NCBI GenBank assembly: GCA_031366795.1
Contig: JANLOX010000245.1
Coordinates: forward strand, 14,020 to 78,019
Direction: 5' to 3'
DNA length: 64,000 bases
Origin: Candidatus Eiseniibacteriota bacterium
GTDB lineage: Bacteria; Eisenbacteria; RBG-16-71-46
The first letter of the stretch is position 1; each line of letters starts with the position of its first letter. A program made the position numbers and the translations under genes. This document shows, in pieces, positions 57,193 through 64,000 of the stretch. Under the pieces are notes generated by a model, which did no database searches, was not told the origin of the DNA, and saw only the letters and a program-made list of their open reading frames with translations.

Positions 57193-57755
57193 GCGGCATC
57201 GAGGATGAAGAACGCGACGCCGTAGCACTGAGCTCCGACGAGAACGCCGACCTGTGCAGCGGGTGCGTCAAGTGCTGCACGTACATCACGGTCGAAATCG
57301 ACGCGCCGCGGGCCGCGTGGGAGTACGACCAGTGGTCATGGGCCCTGCACCACGAAGCGGTCGGCTTGTTTCTCGAGAAGCCTGAACGCTGGTTCCTCCA
57401 CTTCGACGCGAACTGCAGCAAGCTGCAGCCCAACGGCAAGTGTGGGATCTACGGGCGCCATCCGCGGTTGTGCCGTGAGTACGATCCGCGCAGTTGCGAG
57501 CGGCGCCTGCCGTTGGCGGACATCGTGGCGTGGTTCCACACCGCCGAGGAATTCGAGACATGGGTCCGCGCGAGGCGGCCGCGTCACTGGGAGCGGCTCG
57601 AAGCCTATCGCAAGCCTCCCGCCGGCGCTCCCGGGGCGGCTGAACCTGCCGCGGCATACTCTGGGTTCATTCCGCTGCAGGCGCTGGCGCTGGCGGGCGG
57701 TACGAAAGCCGCGCCGAACTCTTCCGCGTCCCGTTCGACGCGACGCGCGCGTTAG
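57189..57755 (+). CDS. YkgJ family CxxCxxCC cysteine-cluster protein
   Basis: CSGCVKCC, C..L...GKCGIY..HP.LCREY...C; TTG start overlapping the upstream TGA. Confidence 0.85.
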   Translation: MSGIEDEERDAVALSSDENADLCSGCVKCCTYITVEIDAPRAAWEYDQWSWALHHEAVGLFLEKPERWFLHFDANCSKLQPNGKCGIYGRHPRLCREYDPRSCERRLPLADIVAWFHTAEEFETWVRARRPRHWERLEAYRKPPAGAPGAAEPAAAYSGFIPLQALALAGGTKAAPNSSASRSTRRAR

Positions 57756-57774
57756 ACCGGACCCGAGCCCGCGG

Positions 57775-60408
57775 TCAAGGCTCCGGCGCCGAGCCCCAGC
57801 GCTCGCGCCAACGCGTGAGCCGTTCCAGCGCTTCGAGCGGCGTTAACCGATTCGGGTCGGTGGCGCGCAGCTCCGCAAGCAACGGGTGCTCCGCCGCCGT
57901 GAACAGACCCAGTTGCGCTGCATCCCCCCCCGGCCGGGCGCGGCCCCGTGGGGCTTCGAGGTGTTCCACCGTGCGCTCGCGCTCGAGCTCGCCGAGCACT
58001 TCCTCGGCGCGCGTGAGCACCGAGGCGGGCAGTCCCGCGAGCCGCGCCACATGAATGCCATAGGAACGGTCCGCCGCACCGTCGACGACTTGATGGAGAA
58101 ACACCACCTGATCGCCTCGCTCCAGCACGGCGACGTGCGCGTTGACCAACCGCTTGAGCCGCTGCTGCAACTGGGTGAGCTCGTGGTAGTGGGTCGCGAA
58201 CAGCGTGCGCGGCCGCGGGCCCTCCGCGGCATGCAGGTACTCCGTCACCGCCCACGCCAGGGCGAGCCCATCGTAGGTCGCGGTGCCGCGGCCCAGTTCA
58301 TCGAGCAACACGAGTGACCGCGAGGTCGCCGCATTGAGGATCGCGGCGGTCTCCTGCATCTCGACCATGAAGGTGCTCTGCCCCGCTCCCAGCCGATCCG
58401 CCGAGCCGACGCGCGTGAACAGCCGGTCGACGCGCCCGATACGCGCGCTGGCGGCGGGCACGAACGAGCCCGCCTGGGCCAGTAGCACGATCAGCGCAAT
58501 CTGCCGCAGGTAGGTGCTCTTGCCACCCATGTTGGGGCCCGTCAGCAGGACGATCTGGCGGTGTGTGCCATTGAGTTCGATCGAATTCGGCACGAATTCG
58601 CCTGCGGGCAACAGGCGTTCCACCACCGGGTGGCGGCCGTCCTGGATCAACAACCGGTCGGAATCGTCGACCGTGGGACGCACCCACCCTGACCGCGTGG
58701 CGACTTCCGCGAGTGCAGCGGTTGCGTCAAGCATCGCCAGCGCCGTCGCCTGTTCGAGCAGCCCTGCGACGTGATGGGCGAGCTCGAACCGCAAATCCGT
58801 GAACAGGTCCTGCTCCAGGGCGCGCAGCTTCTCTTCGGCGCCGAGAATCTCGCCCTCGCGCTCCTTGAGCGCCGGCGTCACGAAGCGCTCCGCCGTGGTC
58901 AGGGTCTGGCGGCGTTCGTAGTCGGCGGGCACCTTGTCGCGGTGCGCGCGCGTGACCTCGAGGTAGTACCCGAACACGCGGTTGTAACCGACCTTGAGCG
59001 TCGCGATCCCCGTGCGTGTTCGCTCGCTTGCCTCGAGCTCGGCGATCCAGCGTTTCCCGGAGTGCGACAGGTCATCGAGTTCGTCACGGCGGGCATCGAA
59101 GCCGGCGCGGAAGATGCCCCCCTCGCGCGAGACCGGCGGCGGGTCCTCGACGAGCGCCGTTTCGAGCCGCGCGAGCAGCGCGGCATCCGTTGCCAGCCGC
59201 GACGTCATGCTGCCCAGCGAGTCCCCCACCGCAACCAGCGCCGCCGCGATCTGCGGCATGCGCCTTAGACAATCTCGAATGGCGCCCAGGTCACGAGGAG
59301 TTGCCTTGGCACATGCCACACGCGCCGCGAGTCGCTCGAGATCGGGCAGGCCCTTGAGCGCGTCGCGGAACGCGGCCCTCCCCAGCGCCGCATTGCGCCA
59401 GGCGTCGACCACGTCGAGCCGCTGTTCGATTGAGCCGATGGACACCAGTGGGCGTTCGAGCCACGCGCGCAGGCGACGCGAGCCGCCGGCTAAGACGCAG
59501 GCATTCATGTGATGCCACAGCGTGTGCCGTGGATCGCCCGCGGGGCCGGGATTGAACAACTCGAGATGACGCGCCGTGGCGGCGTCGTAGCGCAATGTCT
59601 CGTCATCGACCCACCGCTGGGGGCAGCGCAATTGCAGGGCGGCTCCCCCCTGCACGCGGTCGAGGTAGTCCACGAGCGCTGCCACTGCGGCCCGGGCATC
59701 CGCTGCCGTGGACAGCGCGGAGGTGAACTCGCCACCGAAGCGGCGCTCGATTAATTCCAGCGCCTCGAACCGGGCAGCCGGTACGGGACTCCTGGCGCCG
59801 GGTAGGCCGCGCAGCAGGTGCTCGGTTCGGGCCGCGACCGCTGGATCGAGATCCGCCGGTGCGGGCACTACCCACTCGGTGACACCCAGACGCGACAGCA
59901 CGTCGGCCCCTTCGGGCCACCCGGCGCAGAGCCATTGCATCTCCCCGGTCGAAGCGTCAGCGAGGCACACGCCCACCTGCTCACCCGGCCAGATCGCGGC
60001 AATGAAATTGTTCGCGGCGGGCTCGAGGAATGTTTCGCCGGTGACCGAGCCGGGGGTGAGGATTTCGGTCACGCCCCGCTGCACGATGCCCCTGGCTAGT
60101 GCTGGATCCTCGAGCTGGTCGCAGATCGCCACCTTGTGGCCAAGGCGCAACAGCCGCCCGACGTAATTGTCGCGCTGGTGCCAGGGAATACCGCACATCG
60201 GCACGGGATCCGGATCGTTCTTGTTGCGCGAGGTCAGCGTCAGGCCGAGCAGGCTGGCCGCAAGTACTGCGTCCTCGAGGAACATCTCGTAGAAATCGCC
60301 GAGCCTGAAGAACAGGAAGGCGTCCGGATGATCCTGCTTGATGCGCGTGTACTGGCGCATCAGCGGCGTGGTGGCGGCGGCCGGGGGACGGCTGGCGGTC
60401 GCGCTCAC
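57775..60408 (-). CDS. mutS: DNA mismatch repair protein MutS
   Basis: TPLMRQY, FRLGDFYEMF, PMCGIP, DLERL, GYNRVFGYY, GRHPVVE, TGPNMGGKSTYLRQ, STFMVEM, DELGRGT, FATHYHEL, SYGIHVA. Confidence 0.97.
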   Translation of the reverse strand: MSATASRPPAAATTPLMRQYTRIKQDHPDAFLFFRLGDFYEMFLEDAVLAASLLGLTLTSRNKNDPDPVPMCGIPWHQRDNYVGRLLRLGHKVAICDQLEDPALARGIVQRGVTEILTPGSVTGETFLEPAANNFIAAIWPGEQVGVCLADASTGEMQWLCAGWPEGADVLSRLGVTEWVVPAPADLDPAVAARTEHLLRGLPGARSPVPAARFEALELIERRFGGEFTSALSTAADARAAVAALVDYLDRVQGGAALQLRCPQRWVDDETLRYDAATARHLELFNPGPAGDPRHTLWHHMNACVLAGGSRRLRAWLERPLVSIGSIEQRLDVVDAWRNAALGRAAFRDALKGLPDLERLAARVACAKATPRDLGAIRDCLRRMPQIAAALVAVGDSLGSMTSRLATDAALLARLETALVEDPPPVSREGGIFRAGFDARRDELDDLSHSGKRWIAELEASERTRTGIATLKVGYNRVFGYYLEVTRAHRDKVPADYERRQTLTTAERFVTPALKEREGEILGAEEKLRALEQDLFTDLRFELAHHVAGLLEQATALAMLDATAALAEVATRSGWVRPTVDDSDRLLIQDGRHPVVERLLPAGEFVPNSIELNGTHRQIVLLTGPNMGGKSTYLRQIALIVLLAQAGSFVPAASARIGRVDRLFTRVGSADRLGAGQSTFMVEMQETAAILNAATSRSLVLLDELGRGTATYDGLALAWAVTEYLHAAEGPRPRTLFATHYHELTQLQQRLKRLVNAHVAVLERGDQVVFLHQVVDGAADRSYGIHVARLAGLPASVLTRAEEVLGELERERTVEHLEAPRGRARPGGDAAQLGLFTAAEHPLLAELRATDPNRLTPLEALERLTRWRERWGSAPEP

Positions 60409-61262
60409 CGGTCCCCCGTGATGCGCGCGGTCAGGCCGAGTTCCTTCGCGGCGCGCAGTTGAGCTTCCCGCGCCGATGGCCGGTCGGGATAGCTGCCGAG
60501 CCGCACCGCGAAGCTGCGTGTGGCGGCGCTCACGTGTTCGACGACTCGCGCGTCCTTGTAGCCGGCGCGCTGGGCACGCACCACGAGTCCACGCGCGCGC
60601 GCCGCGTTCGCGAACCTGCCCGCCTCGACCGCCACGGGTCCACTCGTTGGAGCGGCGGGAGCCGTCTCCTTGTCGCGCGCAACGAGTGCCAGGGCTTCCA
60701 TGCTGCCGGGGTAGCTTGAGAGCAGCCGCGCCTTGGCCCGTTCGGCGTCCGCGGCGCGGTTGAGCCGCTCGGCGACCACACTCATGCGCTCGAGTGCTGC
60801 GGGTCCAGCCTGTCCCATGTCACCGGAGATCAGTTGTTGGAGGGTGGCGAACGCCTTATCGAAGCGGTCTTCCGACACCCAAGCGTCCGCGGTTCCCAGC
60901 AGGGCATCGTTCCGGCGGGGATCGCCCGCGGACACGACTTCATCGAACGCCGCGCGCGCGGCATTGGGTGAGTTGAGCCCCAGCCAGGCCATCCCCGTCC
61001 AGTACAGCGCTTCGCCCTTGCGGGCCGGCCCGAGGCGGGCGGCAGCGCGAGAGAAGGCATCCGCCGCGGGCCGGTACTCACCGCGCGCATAGTACAGCCG
61101 GCCGAGCGATAACGCGGCGTCCGCGGCGGCCCGTGGACCCGCAACGGTCTCGGCCCGTTTGAGCCGGATCACCATGCTGTCGGGAGCTGAGGGTGCCTGC
61201 GTTGCGGCGGAGGTCGCGGCGAACAGGCTGAGTGCCAGCAGTGCTGCAGGGACTTGCGTCAT
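60405..61262 (-). CDS. TPR + SPOR domain periplasmic protein
   Basis: Signal peptide, TPR helices (LGRLYYARGEY..A, ALYWTG, YPGS.EA), C-terminal V.AG.F...A..VRLG.Y.DR..A. Confidence 0.8.
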   Translation of the reverse strand: MTQVPAALLALSLFAATSAATQAPSAPDSMVIRLKRAETVAGPRAAADAALSLGRLYYARGEYRPAADAFSRAAARLGPARKGEALYWTGMAWLGLNSPNAARAAFDEVVSAGDPRRNDALLGTADAWVSEDRFDKAFATLQQLISGDMGQAGPAALERMSVVAERLNRAADAERAKARLLSSYPGSMEALALVARDKETAPAAPTSGPVAVEAGRFANAARARGLVVRAQRAGYKDARVVEHVSAATRSFAVRLGSYPDRPSAREAQLRAAKELGLTARITGDR

Positions 61263-61354
61263 GGGGCGGCAGCATACGGAACCGGGCGGTTCACGGGAAG
61301 TCGGGACCGCGCTTCAGGGGGACGCCCGAGCCAGCCTGCGCGCCCGCGATGACA

Positions 61355-61385
61355 ACGCCGGGAGACCGAATCGGCCCCCCGGCGT
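61355..61385 (-). terminator. Probable rpsA terminator hairpin
   Basis: Minus strand ACGCCGGGGGGCCG-ATT-CGGTCTCCCGGCGT (with G-U pairs), ~20 nt after the rpsA stop; weak U-tract. Confidence 0.55.
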
Positions 61386-61404
61386 GCCTGTCTGTGTGAT
61401 GCCC

Positions 61405-63216
61405 TTACTCCTCGTCGACCGACGGCTCGTCCTTGGTCTTAGGCAACTTCACTTCGACTTCGACCGGCGGGTTCTCGGCAATTTTCGCGCGAACCTGGTT
61501 GCGCTTGGACGTCCACTCCGCCAGTGCGATGTCGTCCTGGTCCGTGAGCCAGCTCTTCACGCTCAGGATCAGGCGGTGATTCGGCACATCGACACGCGTG
61601 ACCTTCATGATCATCACTTCGCCCACTTCAAACGCATCGTTCGGGCGCTTGAGATCATCCAGTCCGAGGTGCGACAAGGGCACGAAGCCTTCGATCCCAT
61701 TGCCGAGATCGACGATCGCGCCGCGGTCGAACAACCGGTTGATGGAACCTTCCAGCTCCATTCCGGCCGGGTACTCCGCTGCCAGATGCGGCCACGGATC
61801 GTCGGACACCTGCTTGAGTCCGAGCGAGATCCTCCGGTGTTCCTTGTCGATCGACAACACGACGACTTCGACGGTGTCGCCCTTCTTGAGCACTTCGCTC
61901 GGGTGGGCAACGCGCTTGGTCCACGACATGTCGGAGACGTGCACGAGACCGTCGATGCCTTCTTCGAGTTCCACGAAGGCGCCGAAGTTCGTCAGGTTGC
62001 GCACCTTGCCCCGCACACGGGTTCCCGGCGGGTACTTCTGGTCGAGCGTGAGCCACGGATCGGGCTCCACCTGCTTCAGGCCGAGCGAGATCTTCTCGTT
62101 GGCTTTGTCGACCTTCAGCACGACCGCGTCGATCTCGTCGCCGATGTTGACGACCTTCGAGGGGTGCCGCACGTGACGCGTCCACGACATCTCGGACACG
62201 TGGATCAAGCCTTCGACACCCTTCTGCAACTCGACGAATGCGCCGTAGTCGGTGATCGAGACGACCTTGCCCTTGATCCGGTCGCCGACCTTGTACTTCT
62301 CGTCGACGCCTTCCCACGGATAGGCTTCGAGCTGCTTCAAGCCCAGCGAGATGCGCTCCTTCTCGGGATCGAAGTTCAGCACCTTCACGCGCACCTTGTC
62401 ACCAATCTTAACCAGCTCGCTGGGGTGCGAGATGCGTCCCCACGACATGTCGGTGATGTGCAGCAGGCCGTCGATGCCGCCGAGATCCACGAACGCGCCG
62501 AAGTCGGTGATGTTCTTGACCTGGCCCTCGCGGATCTGGTCTTTCGCCAGGTCCTTGAGGATCGTGGACTTCATCCGGTTGCGCTCTTCCTCGAGCACCG
62601 CCCGGCGCGACACGACGATGTTCCGCCGGCGCTTGTTGAGCTTGATGATCTTGACCGCGACCGTTTGGCCGAGCAGCGAGTCCACGTTCTGGACCTGGCG
62701 CAGGGCGATCTGTGAACCCGGCAGGAATGCTTCGACGCCGTAGAGATCGACGACGACACCACCCTTGATCTTCCGCACCAGCTTGCCGTCCACCACTTGT
62801 CCGGAGTCGTGTGCGTCCTTGACGCGGTCCCACACGCGCACGAAGTCGGCGCGCTGCTTGGAAAGCACGACCAGGCCGTCCTGGTTCTCCATCTTCTCGA
62901 GGAAGACGTCGAGAACGTCACCGACCTTGATGCTGCCCGGATCCGGGAATTCGGAAAGCGAGATGACGCCTTCGCTCTTGAAGCCGACGTCGACGAGCAC
63001 TTCTTTGTCGTCGATCGCCAGCACCGTGCCACGCACGATTTCGCCTTCGCCGATGGAGCGCAGCGATTCTTCGTACTGGCCGAACATCTCCGCCCGTTGT
63101 TCGAGCGTGAATTCGTCATCATCCTCGTCTTGGTTGAGGATGACCGGCGGACGCGAAGGGGCCCGCTGCGGCAAATCCGCGACGGGGCTGAGGGTGTCTT
63201 GAGTCGATTCCAGCAT
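61405..63216 (-). CDS. rpsA: 30S ribosomal protein S1
   Basis: Six S1 repeats: DVGFKSEG, AFLPGSQI, KNITDFGAFVDLGGIDGLLHITDMSW, DYGAFVEL..GVEGLIHVSEMSW, ISLGLKQ. Confidence 0.98.
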   Translation of the reverse strand: MLESTQDTLSPVADLPQRAPSRPPVILNQDEDDDEFTLEQRAEMFGQYEESLRSIGEGEIVRGTVLAIDDKEVLVDVGFKSEGVISLSEFPDPGSIKVGDVLDVFLEKMENQDGLVVLSKQRADFVRVWDRVKDAHDSGQVVDGKLVRKIKGGVVVDLYGVEAFLPGSQIALRQVQNVDSLLGQTVAVKIIKLNKRRRNIVVSRRAVLEEERNRMKSTILKDLAKDQIREGQVKNITDFGAFVDLGGIDGLLHITDMSWGRISHPSELVKIGDKVRVKVLNFDPEKERISLGLKQLEAYPWEGVDEKYKVGDRIKGKVVSITDYGAFVELQKGVEGLIHVSEMSWTRHVRHPSKVVNIGDEIDAVVLKVDKANEKISLGLKQVEPDPWLTLDQKYPPGTRVRGKVRNLTNFGAFVELEEGIDGLVHVSDMSWTKRVAHPSEVLKKGDTVEVVVLSIDKEHRRISLGLKQVSDDPWPHLAAEYPAGMELEGSINRLFDRGAIVDLGNGIEGFVPLSHLGLDDLKRPNDAFEVGEVMIMKVTRVDVPNHRLILSVKSWLTDQDDIALAEWTSKRNQVRAKIAENPPVEVEVKLPKTKDEPSVDEE

Positions 63217-63253
63217 GGAAAGGAAACCTCCGGTATTTGAGATAAGCGCGGAA

Positions 63254-63898
63254 TCAAGCCGCGCCGTGTGATGCCTTTGTTTGGGCGTCCCGCAACCGCG
63301 CGATGTCCTCCATCACCGCGGCTCCGATTCGCTGGTACAGCTCCCGGCCCGGTGTCAGGTCGGTCGAACGGCCGGCGTAGTCACGCCAGTCGCGGGGTGT
63401 TCCAAATACAAGACGAGCGCGTTCCTTGCGCGACAACCACCCAGCGCTCGGATTGCTGCCCGAGATGTAACACGGCATGATGGGCACGTCGGCGTTGACC
63501 GACATGAGTCCCACCCCCGGTCTCGCCGGGTGAAGCGCTCCGTCCCGCATCCTGCTCCCCTCGGGGAACAGCAGCACCGCCCCGCCCGACTTGAGGGCAT
63601 CGATGGCGCGCGTGAGCCCACGCAGGTCGGCAGCGCCACGGCGAATCGGGATCGCATTCACACTTCGGATCAACGGACCCAACACCGGCGTCTGGAACAA
63701 CTCTTCCTTCGCGAGAAAATGGATCTCGCGGGGAATGACGCTACCCATGAGCGGTGGATCCCAGAACGAAATGTGGTTCGCGGCCACGACCAACCCGCCC
63801 TTACGGGGGAGCAAGTCCAGTCCGCGGACCGAACAACCCGTGAGAGCACCCAACAGCACACGTGCCAAAGATCGGCAGGCATTGTAGTACGGGCGCAT
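63254..63898 (-). CDS. plsC: 1-acyl-sn-glycerol-3-phosphate acyltransferase
   Basis: ANHISFWDP (NHxxxxD), FLAKEELF, PIRRG, FPEGSR, VPIMP. Confidence 0.9.
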   Translation of the reverse strand: MRPYYNACRSLARVLLGALTGCSVRGLDLLPRKGGLVVAANHISFWDPPLMGSVIPREIHFLAKEELFQTPVLGPLIRSVNAIPIRRGAADLRGLTRAIDALKSGGAVLLFPEGSRMRDGALHPARPGVGLMSVNADVPIMPCYISGSNPSAGWLSRKERARLVFGTPRDWRDYAGRSTDLTPGRELYQRIGAAVMEDIARLRDAQTKASHGAA

Positions 63899-64000
63899 TA
63901 TTTCTCCAAGGGCGGCGGCCCTAAGGCCCCCCACTCGGCGGGGCACTCCGGGTGCGCCCTGACCAGCTCCAGCACGGCTTCCACCTGGCCCTCGAGGTCC
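63898..64000 (-). CDS. cmk: 3' end of probable cytidylate kinase (truncated by the right window edge)
   Basis: DLEGQVEAVLELVRAHPECPAEWGALGPPPLEK* with TAATG overlap into plsC; fits the Cmk C-terminal helix and cmk-plsC-rpsA synteny. Confidence 0.55.
   Translation of the reverse strand, partial: DLEGQVEAVLELVRAHPECPAEWGALGPPPLEK

Noticed and set aside
61159..62715. 518-aa plus-strand ORF
   Set aside because: Antisense shadow of rpsA; such shadows are common in high-GC DNA, and it has no motifs.

Overview
64-kb GC-rich bacterial chromosomal segment. Several secreted proteins ending in a FlgD-Ig/T9SS-like C-terminal domain, together with the gene order, suggest an FCB-related lineage such as Ca. 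Eisenbacteria (inference only). The left ~30 kb is accessory. It holds a lamin-tail-domain exoprotein cut by the window edge, an orphan TRAP DctQM permease, a collapsed pirin pseudogene, a GNAT, a TldD/TldE pair whose TldD has a twin-arginine signal, and two glycosyltransferases. It continues with a ~1474-aa PQQ-sugar-dehydrogenase/PKD/pentaheme-cytochrome-c/FlgD fusion, a BlaI-M56(TPR) pair with a visible operator, an HTH-TOBE/modB/modC cluster lacking modA, a patch of gene remnants, an Ig-repeat exoprotein, DUF4032, a class A-like serine hydrolase and an L,D-transpeptidase. The right ~34 kb is mostly core: apt, an RpoS-like sigma factor, surE, two tRNA-Pro, MerR, gpsA, plsY, der, tRNA-Gly, miaA, mutL, PPIases, pgeF, YitJ-like Hcy methyltransferase/MTHFR, mutS, rpsA, plsC and the 3' end of cmk. 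It also carries a degenerate-GGDEF protein with an intact I-site, a SpoIVB-S55/beta-propeller/DUF4910 trio and a second PQQ-dehydrogenase-FlgD protein. I found no integrase, transposase, CRISPR array or rRNA. All calls come from reading motifs by eye; no database searches were run.
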